A stretch of 64,000 nt of DNA from the NCBI GenBank assembly GCA_022707965.1, contig JAKIZO010000004.1, forward strand, positions 7,157-71,156, given 5' to 3'. Of the stretch, positions 9,649 through 18,497 are shown in pieces. The DNA comes from Bacteroidota bacterium (lineage in GTDB: Bacteria; Bacteroidota; Ignavibacteria; Kapaibacteriales; UBA2268). The notes below the pieces were generated by a model. That model did not search any database and was not told the DNA's origin. It saw nothing but the letters and a program-made list of their open reading frames with translations. Made by a program: the position numbers and the translations under genes. Every line of letters starts with the position of its first letter. The stretch's first letter is position 1.

Positions 9649-10335
9649 ATGAGCATATTCAAAAGAATCGCTGACATCTTCAAGGCAAACGTTAATGATG
9701 TTCTCGACAAAGCCGAAGACCCCGAAAAGATGCTCAAGCAAATGGTTATCGAAATGGAGCAATCAGTCAATAAAGCTACCCTGGCTGTTGCTCAGGCTAT
9801 TGCTAACGAAAAAAGCTTAGAGCGAAAATTGGAAAAAGCCCGCAAAGACAAAGAAGAATGGGAACACAAAGCTATGGTTGCTTTGCAAAACAATAGGGAA
9901 GACCTCGCTAAAGCCGCCTTAGAGAAAAAAGCAATTGCTGAACGTAACATCAATGATTTAGTCCCTGTTTTAGAACAAGCCCGCCAAACTTCGAACAAGC
10001 TTCGTCAGCAACTTGACCAATTAAAATCCAAGCTTGACGAAGCTCGCACTCGTCAAAGCACACTCATTGCTCGCTCGCAAGCAGCTAAAGCTCAAAAGCA
10101 AATTGCCCAGTCTTTCAGTGGCGTCGGAACTGATGCATTCAGCAAGTTTGATAAATTCGAAGGTAAAATTGAAAAACTTGAAGCCGAAGCTTCCGCTTTC
10201 GAACAACTTGCAGGCGAAAATACCTCTTTAGATGAAGAATTCAAAAAACTCACTTCATCTAAAAGTGTAGAAGATGAATTGCTGGCTTTGAAAGCTAAAA
10301 TGGGTATGCTGCCACCAAACCAAGAAAATCAATAA
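9649..10335 (+). CDS. pspA: PspA/IM30 family protein (phage-shock protein A-like)
   Basis: 228 aa coiled-coil protein. The N-terminus MSIFKRIADIFKANVNDVLDKAEDPEKMLKQMVIEME is near-identical in pattern to E. coli PspA ([37 protein letters not shown]). Confidence 0.85.
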   Translation: MSIFKRIADIFKANVNDVLDKAEDPEKMLKQMVIEMEQSVNKATLAVAQAIANEKSLERKLEKARKDKEEWEHKAMVALQNNREDLAKAALEKKAIAERNINDLVPVLEQARQTSNKLRQQLDQLKSKLDEARTRQSTLIARSQAAKAQKQIAQSFSGVGTDAFSKFDKFEGKIEKLEAEASAFEQLAGENTSLDEEFKKLTSSKSVEDELLALKAKMGMLPPNQENQ

Positions 10336-10346
10336 AAAGGTGGAAT

Positions 10347-10832
10347 ATGGAAATATTAATTAATAAGGAGAAAAATGATATGATAGAAACTCCCGTGGAA
10401 CTTATCAAATCCACAGTTGAAAAAGTTGAAAACTATTTAAAAGATATTTTCCCCGATTATATTTCATTCGGAGATGGCTCTTTTACCGTGAATTATGGCT
10501 CATCGCAGATTATGGTTATTGTTAGACCATTTACCGAAAATGAAACTTGCGTCGAAATAGTCTCCAATGTCGTTACAGGAGCCAATATCACTCCTGAATT
10601 AATGAAGTTTTTGCTTAATAAAAATGCTGAAATTCATTTTGGTGCTTTTGGGCTGTTGTTCGATAATACTATTACTTTCCAGCATTCTATTGCAGGAACG
10701 AATATGGATAAAAATGAGTTTGAGACATCACTGAAAGCTGTTGCTCTTATCTCTGATTATTATGATGACGAGATTGTTTCTATTGCTGGCGGTAAACGTG
10801 GAATAGATTTGCTCGGTGAAGAAATTGAATAA
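10347..10832 (+). CDS. hypothetical protein, tentatively YbjN-like (putative sensory-transduction regulator fold), co-operonic with pspA
   Basis: 161 aa. It starts 12 nt after the pspA stop. The length and hydrophobic pattern resemble the YbjN family, but I cannot confirm this without a profile search. Confidence 0.35.
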   Translation: MEILINKEKNDMIETPVELIKSTVEKVENYLKDIFPDYISFGDGSFTVNYGSSQIMVIVRPFTENETCVEIVSNVVTGANITPELMKFLLNKNAEIHFGAFGLLFDNTITFQHSIAGTNMDKNEFETSLKAVALISDYYDDEIVSIAGGKRGIDLLGEEIE

Positions 10833-10863
10833 ACTTTTTTGTTTTTTAGTAAGTAGATATAAT

Positions 10864-10900
10864 AAAAAATGGGGCTCTTGAATTAGAAAGCCCCATTTTC
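10864..10900. terminator. bidirectional rho-independent terminator between the convergent YbjN-like gene (10347..10832, +) and gyrB (10925..12988, -), with stem ATGGGGCT / AGCCCCAT
   Basis: 8-bp GC-rich stem at 10869-10876 and 10889-10896, flanked by an A-run upstream and a T-run downstream. Confidence 0.55.
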
Positions 10901-10924
10901 ATAAAAAGTGTATTTGAGAATTGA

Positions 10925-12988
10925 TTAAATATCTAAATTTTTAACGTATTGAGCGTTTCTTTCAATAAATTCTCTTCGGGGTTCTACTTTATCGCCCATA
11001 AGTGTTTGGAAAATAAGAGCTGCTTTTTCTGCATCTTCAATATTTACTCGCAATAAAGTTCTTTTCTCAGGGTTCATAGTTGTTTCCCACAACTGCTCAG
11101 GGTTCATTTCACCAAGCCCTTTAAAACGTGAGACAACAATTCCACCTTTTAATTTTACCTCTTCATTCCCTTCGTTTGTTTCTTCTTGTTCTTCGCTGGT
11201 TTGAATTTTTGAGTTCGGACTATCCTTCATCAATCTTTGGATAATACTATCTCTTTCTTCTTCATTATTAGCATAGTATTCAAGTTTTCCTTTCTTTATT
11301 TTATAAAGAGGTGGCTGCGCAATATAAAGCATTCCTTTGTTTATCAAATCTCGCATATATGTGAAAAAGAACGTGAGCAAAAGAGTTCTAATGTGTGAAC
11401 CATCTACGTCGGCATCAGCCATTAGAATAATTTTCCCATATCGAGCTTTTGTTACATCGAAATCTTTTTCTTTGCCATTACCATTGCCATTTGAACTACC
11501 GTTTTCTTCACTGTTAGGTTTGTGGGAAAAGCCAGCTCCAATTGCGGCTATAATTGTTTTTATCTCGTCATTTTCTAATATTTTATGGGGAGTTGCTTTG
11601 ATAACATTGAGGATTTTACCTTTCAATGGAAGAATTGCCTGGAAACGTCTGTCTCTACCTTGTTTTGCAGAACCACCCGCAGAATCGCCCTCTACAATAA
11701 ACAATTCAGTATCTTCGGGCGAATTTAGCGAACAATCAGCAAGTTTTCCTGGAAGAGTTGAATTTTCGAGCGAATTTTTTCTGCGTACAAGTTCGCGTGA
11801 TTTTCGTGCTGCTATGCGTGCCTCAGCAGCCGAATTTGCTTTCTCGATTATTTTTTTTGCTTCGGAAGGATGAGAATCTAAATATTCTCCTAATTTTTCA
11901 TTGACAATTGATCTCACGATACCTTCTACTTCTGCGTTCCCTAATTTTGTTTTGGTTTGCCCTTCGAACATTGGGTTCGATACTTTTACAGATACAATAG
12001 CAGTCAAACCTTCCCGAAAATCTTCACCAGTAAGCTCAAATTTGTTCTGTTTGTTGTTTTTTGCATACTCATTAAGTGTTCGGGTAAGTGCAGAACGAAA
12101 ACCGCTAACGTGTGTTCCACCTTCTATCGTATGAATATTGTTTACGTAACTCAATAGAGTTTCGCTATATGAGGCGTTATATTGGAAACAAATTTCTACT
12201 TCGACATTTGGATTGTCGTTTTTTCCATAAATGTATACTTGCTTTATTATTGGTGTGTTTGTGCTATCAATATAACTAACAAAATCTTTCAAACCGCCTT
12301 TGTATTGATATTCTTCTCTAATATCTTCTCTTTCGTCAACTATTATGATTTTGACTTCGGGATTAAGAAATGCAAGTTCACGAAGTCTATCAGCTACGCG
12401 CTCAAATTTAAATGTAACGGTTTGAAAAATAGATGGGTCCGGATAAAATTTTATCGTTGTGCCTGTTGAATTAGTCTCACCAATAATTTCGATATTTGTA
12501 GCAGGAATCCCTTTTTCATAAATTTGTTGAAAAATCTTACCTTCTCTTTTAACTGTTGCAATCAATTTTGTTGATAAAGCATTGACACAAGATACACCAA
12601 CACCGTGCAAGCCACCAGATACTTTATACGTATTATTATCGAACTTCCCGCCTGCATGCAAAGTGCACATTACAAGTTCTAATGTGGAAATGTTTTTTTC
12701 AGGGTGAATTCCAGTAGGAATACCTCTCCCATCGTCTTCTACTGAACAAGCACCATCTGAATGAAGAGTAACAATGATATTCTTACAAAAACCAGCCAGT
12801 GCTTCGTCTATAGAATTGTCGACAACTTCATTAATGAGATGGTGCAAGCCTCTTTCGCTAATATCACCTATATACATTGCAGGACGTTGCCGAACAGCTT
12901 CTAAGCCTTCTAATACTCTAATGCTTTCTTCAGTATATTGAGCGTTTGAATTCTTGTTTTCTAATTCGGTTTCTTGGAAATTGTTCAT
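10925..12988 (-). CDS. gyrB: DNA gyrase subunit B
   Basis: 687 aa. GHKL ATPase (HHLINEVVDNSIDEALAG, GGLHGVGVSCVNALS), Toprim (FIVEGDSAGGSAKQGRDR) and the C-terminal tail. I chose GyrB over ParE because of the upstream DUF721/DciA-like gene. It carries a low-complexity insert (SEENGSSNGNGNGKEKD). Confidence 0.85.
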   Translation of the reverse strand: MNNFQETELENKNSNAQYTEESIRVLEGLEAVRQRPAMYIGDISERGLHHLINEVVDNSIDEALAGFCKNIIVTLHSDGACSVEDDGRGIPTGIHPEKNISTLELVMCTLHAGGKFDNNTYKVSGGLHGVGVSCVNALSTKLIATVKREGKIFQQIYEKGIPATNIEIIGETNSTGTTIKFYPDPSIFQTVTFKFERVADRLRELAFLNPEVKIIIVDEREDIREEYQYKGGLKDFVSYIDSTNTPIIKQVYIYGKNDNPNVEVEICFQYNASYSETLLSYVNNIHTIEGGTHVSGFRSALTRTLNEYAKNNKQNKFELTGEDFREGLTAIVSVKVSNPMFEGQTKTKLGNAEVEGIVRSIVNEKLGEYLDSHPSEAKKIIEKANSAAEARIAARKSRELVRRKNSLENSTLPGKLADCSLNSPEDTELFIVEGDSAGGSAKQGRDRRFQAILPLKGKILNVIKATPHKILENDEIKTIIAAIGAGFSHKPNSEENGSSNGNGNGKEKDFDVTKARYGKIILMADADVDGSHIRTLLLTFFFTYMRDLINKGMLYIAQPPLYKIKKGKLEYYANNEEERDSIIQRLMKDSPNSKIQTSEEQEETNEGNEEVKLKGGIVVSRFKGLGEMNPEQLWETTMNPEKRTLLRVNIEDAEKAALIFQTLMGDKVEPRREFIERNAQYVKNLDI

Positions 12989-13032
12989 ATTTCCTCTAAT
13001 TCACAATAATTTATTTACAAAAATACGAAAAA

Positions 13033-13323
13033 TCAGCGAATTTTAATAGATTTAATAATGTTTTTTCCGCAAAAAGAATTGAGCTTATCTATCAGAAGTT
13101 GTTTTCTAATGAGCATTTCCGTCCGCCAAGTGGACGAATCAGCTTTCAAATGAAGGACGCCATCTTTAAGCTTCTGTGGTTCAATATGTTCAGCGAAGTT
13201 TTCCCCAACGATTTCTATCCATTCTTCCTTAATTTTAGCAAACGCAATACCTTCGCCCCAATCTTTTAGTTCAATTAATTGATTTATAATTTCCTTTAAT
13301 GAATGGATATTATCAGAACTCAT
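13033..13323 (-). CDS. DUF721 / DciA-like small protein (typical gyrB-upstream gene)
   Basis: 96 aa. Matches the DUF721 pattern (W..IVG..FAEH..P..L.DGVL.L...SS.W..E......LL..LN), and this family characteristically sits directly upstream of gyrB. Confidence 0.55.
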   Translation of the reverse strand: MSSDNIHSLKEIINQLIELKDWGEGIAFAKIKEEWIEIVGENFAEHIEPQKLKDGVLHLKADSSTWRTEMLIRKQLLIDKLNSFCGKNIIKSIKIR

Positions 13324-13778
13324 TATTCGTCAACGCTTTCGAAAAGATTAATTATTTCGTCAGGTGTTTTGCTATTCAGTATCTTTTCTCTGAATTCATC
13401 GTTATTGAGAAATCTCGAAATTTTGCTAAGTAATCTTAAATGCATACCAATGTTGTTTTCTTTTCCTAAAAGTAAAAAGCAAATATTGACGGGTTCGCCA
13501 TCGAGAGAATGAAAATCAACAGGGGTTTTCAGAGTTGCCATTGCAGCGACTGGTCCATCGATATATTCAGTTTTGGCGTGTGGCAGGCAAATGTTTTTGC
13601 CAATTCCCGTCGACATTATTTTTTCACGTTCCATTATGCTTTTCAGAACAGCAGCTCTATTTGTAATTTTTCCTGAATTCATTGCTAAATCAGTGATTTT
13701 TTCGAGCAAGTCTTGCTTGTCTTTTGCATCAAGACCCACTTGAATACAACCCTTCGACAGCACTTCATTGATTTTCAT
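13323..13778 (-). CDS. ptsN: PTS EIIA type-2 domain protein (PtsN / EIIA-Ntr-like regulatory IIA)
   Basis: ~151 aa from MKINEVL. The phosphorylatable His lies in GIGKNICLPHAKTE. Its stop overlaps the DUF721 start. No PTS permease is nearby, which fits a regulatory IIA. Confidence 0.65.
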   Translation of the reverse strand: MKINEVLSKGCIQVGLDAKDKQDLLEKITDLAMNSGKITNRAAVLKSIMEREKIMSTGIGKNICLPHAKTEYIDGPVAAMATLKTPVDFHSLDGEPVNICFLLLGKENNIGMHLRLLSKISRFLNNDEFREKILNSKTPDEIINLFESVDE

Positions 13779-13888
13779 TTCACACCTCAATAGTGAGTTT
13801 TCGAATATACAAAAATCTGAATTTAATTTTGATTATCAAAAAAAATGTTACTATGTTTGTTAAATTTTTTCAACATTTAATCCGTATA

Positions 13889-14878
13889 ATGAATACATTT
13901 GGTCGCATATTCAAAGTATCAATTTATGGTGAAAGTCACGGTTCTTTTGTTGGAATTGCAATCGATGGAGTGCCTGCCGGTTTACACCTTACGCAAGATG
14001 ACTTCATTTATGAGCTAAATCGAAGAAAAAGTGCCTCGTTTGCTACAACTCCAAGAACAGAAGACGATTTACCAATTATTACATCAGGTGTTTTCAACGA
14101 TAAAACTACTGGAACACCTTTAAATATTATTTTTGAAAATAATAATGTAGATTCAACAAATTATTCAGTCGAACAACAAAATAAACCAAGACCAGGACAT
14201 ATTGATTTCGTCTCTTTGCATAAATACTTTGGATTTGCTGATTACCGAGGAAGCGGTCATTTCTCGGGTCGGCTCACCGTTGCCCTTGTTGCTGCTGGTG
14301 TAGTAGCGAGGAAGGTGTTCCCTTGCAATGTTAAAACATCAATAATTGAGATTGGTGGTCAGAAAGAATATCAGCATCTGTTAAATAAAGTAGTTGAAGA
14401 AGGGGATTCATTGGGAGGGGTTCTTGAAACAATTGTCTCTTGTGTTCCTGTTGGATTAGGCGAACCTTTTTTTGATAGTGTCGAGTCATTGATAAGCCAT
14501 ATTATATTTTCTATTCCCGGAGCGAAAGCAATTGAGTTCGGTTTAGGATTTAATTCAGCAAGAATGTTGGGTTCTGAATATGCTGATTCAATAATTAATT
14601 CTGATGGAACTACTAAAACGAATAACTGTGGAGGAATAATTGGCGGTATTACAAATGGCAACAGTATTGTGTTTCGCACTGCATTTCATCCACCTGTTAG
14701 CATTAGGAAAAAATTGCAAACTTATAATTTTGAAAATAACGCGATAGATGAAATACAAACTGCGGGACGCCACGATAGTTGCTATGTGCTTCGTGTTCCG
14801 CCAATTATTGATGCTTGTGTTTCTATTGTTCTGACTGATTTGTATTTAATTAGACAAACTCAAATTTTGCAGAAATAA
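13889..14878 (+). CDS. aroC: chorismate synthase
   Basis: MNTFGRIFKVSIYGESHG matches the AroC N-terminus (FGESHG), and there is a GRHDSCYV-like C-terminal motif. An upstream in-frame extension (13793) lacks homology. Confidence 0.9.
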   Translation: MNTFGRIFKVSIYGESHGSFVGIAIDGVPAGLHLTQDDFIYELNRRKSASFATTPRTEDDLPIITSGVFNDKTTGTPLNIIFENNNVDSTNYSVEQQNKPRPGHIDFVSLHKYFGFADYRGSGHFSGRLTVALVAAGVVARKVFPCNVKTSIIEIGGQKEYQHLLNKVVEEGDSLGGVLETIVSCVPVGLGEPFFDSVESLISHIIFSIPGAKAIEFGLGFNSARMLGSEYADSIINSDGTTKTNNCGGIIGGITNGNSIVFRTAFHPPVSIRKKLQTYNFENNAIDEIQTAGRHDSCYVLRVPPIIDACVSIVLTDLYLIRQTQILQK

Positions 14879-14901
14879 TTTTTTTATATTATCTTACAAA
14901 T

Positions 14902-16752
14902 ATGAAGCTAATTAGGTATATATTTATTCTGCTAACAATTCTTTTTTATCAAAAATCCTACTCTCAATTATTTAATTGGGAAAAACCTGAAAATATCTCT
15001 ACAATTAATACAAGTAAAGATGAATTTGCACCTTTTTACGATAAACGTTCCTCTACCTTGTTCTATAATTCAACTATATGCGGAGTTTCACAACTTTATT
15101 GGGTGCAAACAAACGATAGCTTTGCTTTTGGGAAACCTCTTCTACACAAAAGCAAACTCAACAATCCAAAAGAAAATCGTTCTTACTTCTTTTTTGGTGA
15201 TGATGGAACTATTTATTTGTCGAAATTTCGCCAAACTTCAAAATTTCCCATACTGAACCTTGCTATTTCTGAAATATATCGCAACAACTACTCAGAACCA
15301 ACTTTGATCGAACAACTAAAATGCGATTGCTTTGTCTCTCATCCTACTTTATCGAGAGATGGACGTACACTTATTTTTTCGTCTAATCGTAACAACAAAG
15401 CAAATTTAGACCTCTTTATTTCATATAAAAACAACGATGGATTATGGAGCGAACCAATAGAACTATCAGAAATTAACTCTGACGGTAATGAAATCACTCC
15501 TTTTTTGTATAACGATAGTCTTCTGTTTTTTGCCTCAGATGGATTATATGGCATTGGTGGTTATGATATTTATTATAGCGAATTTTATAATGGCACCTGG
15601 CAAAAGCCCGTTCCTCTGAATGAAATAAACACCGAATATGATGAAAGTGATTTCATTTTGCTTGAAAATGGGTTTGCTATTTTTGCATCAAATAGACCTT
15701 TTGGCTTCGGAGGCTTAGATTTATATTTGCTAAGACCCCGAATTAATAGCAATATTGATAATAAAAATCCTGCATTGCTTGTTAAATATAGTCCGCTGGA
15801 AATAAAAACTAAAAGAATTGTATCTTATATTACCCTTGATTTATCTTTACCTCTGGCTTTTTCCGATGAATACTTTAAATACGATGATAATATTAACTGT
15901 GTTGATAATGAAATTGAGTTTGATTTTTCAAAATATTCACCCATTAATTGTTTATTTCAAATTGCTCTTCTTTATTCAAAGTATCGAAATGATGTTCTAA
16001 ATATTTATACTTCAAAATCTATTTCCTATGAACATTTTCAAAAAACACTATATGATTTATGCAACAAAATTGGATATAATGAAAATAATATTCGAATTAT
16101 TCAAGATAATAATATTTGTGACGGTTGTTTCAAAATAGACATAAAAGAGAAAATTACTTTACGAAATACCACGATTGAGACTGATTTTTCAAAATTGTAT
16201 TTAGAATTTGAAACAGAGAATATATCATTATACAGTGAACTATTAGTTAAGAGCAATAACTTGCAAAAAAGTGTAAAAAGAATTAAAATTAATTCGTTCA
16301 ATTTTTCTTCTGAAATAGATTTAAAAGAACTTTTATCGGCTTGCAAATACGACGAAACACTTGATTTCAGTTTTTACAACATTATCAATAATGATACTGT
16401 TTTCCTATCCAATTTAAGTGTCCCTATTTTGTCAAGTATAACAAAAACTCCAATTATGAAAAGAAAAAATGATAAAATATATTTCTATTATTTATTGAAA
16501 GTATCTCAAAATTATGATGAGTTTCTAAATTCTAATCATAATGAGATAAATATGATTAAACAGAATTATCAGATAGCAAGCTCAATTGATATATTTTTTG
16601 ATAATTTCCTTTTTGAGAAGCTTAAAAAAATAATAAATGATAATAAATTGTTTCCAGACAAGGCAAATTTTATTCAAACTGATAAAAATAGGGACGAATT
16701 ACTATTTGAATTCCCACAACATTTTTGGATTAGAGTTGCAGTAAACAATTGA
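14902..16752 (+). CDS. secreted protein with N-terminal TolB-like PD40 beta-propeller repeats and a ~300-aa uncharacterised N/K/I-rich C-terminal region
   Basis: Signal peptide MKLIRYIFILLTILFYQKSYSQ. Repeated segments (EFAPFYDKRSSTLFYNS, SHPTLSRDGRTLIFSSNR, TPFLYNDSLLFFASD, AIFASNRPFGFGGLDLY) fit PD40 repeats. The C-terminal half is very AT-rich and matches nothing I recognise. Confidence 0.6.
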   Translation: MKLIRYIFILLTILFYQKSYSQLFNWEKPENISTINTSKDEFAPFYDKRSSTLFYNSTICGVSQLYWVQTNDSFAFGKPLLHKSKLNNPKENRSYFFFGDDGTIYLSKFRQTSKFPILNLAISEIYRNNYSEPTLIEQLKCDCFVSHPTLSRDGRTLIFSSNRNNKANLDLFISYKNNDGLWSEPIELSEINSDGNEITPFLYNDSLLFFASDGLYGIGGYDIYYSEFYNGTWQKPVPLNEINTEYDESDFILLENGFAIFASNRPFGFGGLDLYLLRPRINSNIDNKNPALLVKYSPLEIKTKRIVSYITLDLSLPLAFSDEYFKYDDNINCVDNEIEFDFSKYSPINCLFQIALLYSKYRNDVLNIYTSKSISYEHFQKTLYDLCNKIGYNENNIRIIQDNNICDGCFKIDIKEKITLRNTTIETDFSKLYLEFETENISLYSELLVKSNNLQKSVKRIKINSFNFSSEIDLKELLSACKYDETLDFSFYNIINNDTVFLSNLSVPILSSITKTPIMKRKNDKIYFYYLLKVSQNYDEFLNSNHNEINMIKQNYQIASSIDIFFDNFLFEKLKKIINDNKLFPDKANFIQTDKNRDELLFEFPQHFWIRVAVNN

Positions 16753-16772
16753 TAAATTTTTAAGGAGTTTTT

Positions 16773-18248
16773 ATGAATTGGTATGTTGTAATAATTTTGT
16801 TGTATTTAGTTGCTTTAACAATTTATAACTTTTCACAATCTAAAAAAGTTAAAAGCAAAGATGATATGATGGTTGCCGGGCGCAGCTTGGGTGTAACAAA
16901 GATGGTTTTCACACTGGTGTGCACCTGGATTGGTTCGGGCACCTTCATTGCAGGAGCAGAATTTGCATATCGTGCGGGTTGGAGTTCGCTTTGGATGCCA
17001 GCTGGTGCTTGGGCTGGTATTGCAATAATTTATTTTTTAGCTGCAAAGATAAGAACTTTCGGGCAATACACAATTGGTGATATTTTAGAAGAGAGATATG
17101 GCAAGTTTGCCCGCCTTTTTGGTGCAATTGCCTTGATTATTGCTTTTACAACAATTGTTTCTTATCAGTTCCGTGCGGGTGGTTATATTCTAAACGTTAT
17201 TACTGATAGTGCAGTATCAGTAGAAGCAGGACAAGCGATTGCAGCAGGCTTTGTAATATTATTTACTGCATTAGGTGGTATGATTGCAGTTGCACATACC
17301 GACTTACCAAATGGAATAATAATAGTCTTAGCTTGTATTGTTAGCGTCCCATTCGTTGTTGCTGCATCTGGTGGGTTGTCTGCCCCGGCGGAAGTATTAC
17401 CTCACTCACATTTTGAAGTATTTTCATCTGAATTTGGTCGCTTCCCGGCTTTAAAAGGTTTTTCATACTTTTTGGCAACGATGTTTTTGCTTCTTGGTGT
17501 TCAAAGTATGTATCAGAAATTTTACAGTGCAAAAACTCCTGCTGATGCAAAAAAAGCAGTATCATTATGGATTGTTGGGACAATAGTTGTCGAAACAGTT
17601 GTAGTTGTAATTGCCATTTATGCTTCATCATATTTTTGGGGGAAAGGTGATTTCGACCCCGCTTCGATTGTTCTTCAAGCAGCAAAATTCTTAACACCGG
17701 CTCCGGTTGGTTTGTTGTTGCTTGCCGCAGCAGTAGTAGTTGTTATTTCAACGGGAATGAATTATTTATTAAGCCCATCAACTAACATCATTCGCGACAT
17801 ATATCAAAGATTTATCAATCCCAATGCTGAGGATAAAAAAATCGTTGCTTTACAAAAGATTTTCATTGTTGTTTTGGGATTTATAGCATTTTTAATGATT
17901 TTTATACCGACATATTTTAAAATGAATTTATCTGTTCTAAAATATGCATATTTTGCTTATACAGTGTATGGTGTTGCAATCACACCTTCACTAATCGCTG
18001 CTCTAAGCTGGAAACGTGCAACAAAAGCTGGTGGGGTTGCAAGTATCATTTCTGGAACTCTTTCAGTGATTATTCTTGATATTATTATTCCTGCTATACT
18101 GCCATCAGTTATGTATGATGGCGATCCCTGGGGCATTCCAAGTATCTATCCATCAATAATTATTTCTGTAGGTACCCTATTTATTGTAAGCTTATTAACT
18201 CCAAAGCCATCACCAGAACAGCTTGTAAAGCTTTTCCCTGAAAAATAA
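16773..18248 (+). CDS. sodium:solute symporter family (SSF) transporter
   Basis: 491 aa polytopic membrane protein. The N-terminal signature (MVAGRSLG...GSGTFIAGAEFAYRAGW) is typical of SSF (PutP/PanF-like). Confidence 0.85.
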   Translation: MNWYVVIILLYLVALTIYNFSQSKKVKSKDDMMVAGRSLGVTKMVFTLVCTWIGSGTFIAGAEFAYRAGWSSLWMPAGAWAGIAIIYFLAAKIRTFGQYTIGDILEERYGKFARLFGAIALIIAFTTIVSYQFRAGGYILNVITDSAVSVEAGQAIAAGFVILFTALGGMIAVAHTDLPNGIIIVLACIVSVPFVVAASGGLSAPAEVLPHSHFEVFSSEFGRFPALKGFSYFLATMFLLLGVQSMYQKFYSAKTPADAKKAVSLWIVGTIVVETVVVVIAIYASSYFWGKGDFDPASIVLQAAKFLTPAPVGLLLLAAAVVVVISTGMNYLLSPSTNIIRDIYQRFINPNAEDKKIVALQKIFIVVLGFIAFLMIFIPTYFKMNLSVLKYAYFAYTVYGVAITPSLIAALSWKRATKAGGVASIISGTLSVIILDIIIPAILPSVMYDGDPWGIPSIYPSIIISVGTLFIVSLLTPKPSPEQLVKLFPEK

Positions 18249-18300
18249 ATCTTTCTTCATAAAATTTAAAACTCTATATTTCGAAAGCACTTAAATATAA

Positions 18301-18336
18301 CCTTCGGAAGGGATGAAGCCTTCCGAAGGTTTTTCT
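18301..18336. terminator. bidirectional terminator hairpin using the same CCTTCGGAAGG / CCTTCCGAAGG stem as at 4271 (loop GATGAAG, then TTTTTCT)
   Basis: Perfect 11-bp stem at 18301-18311 and 18319-18329 plus a T-run. It lies between the convergent symporter and secA. Confidence 0.55.
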
Positions 18337-18497
18337 TAATTTATCGCAAGGTAGTTGAAAAAAGTGAAGAATAATCTTAATGAAGATTTATTAAAATACT
18401 AAAAGAATACTTTAATAAATTTTATTGAATTCTATTAACTTACGCTCCTTTTTGCATAAACAAGCATATATTAAATTACCTTTAAATTTCCAGAATG

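Noticed and set aside
10925-12988. Alternative call of this topoisomerase ATPase subunit as ParE (topo IV)
   Set aside because: The upstream DUF721/DciA-like gene is the conserved gyrB neighbour, and the length (687 aa) fits GyrB. I retained gyrB, but a phylogeny would be decisive.
13793-13888. Upstream in-frame extension of aroC starting at 13793
   Set aside because: AroC homology begins at MNTFGRIF (13889). The extension overlaps the ptsN-like gene on the other strand and has no homology.
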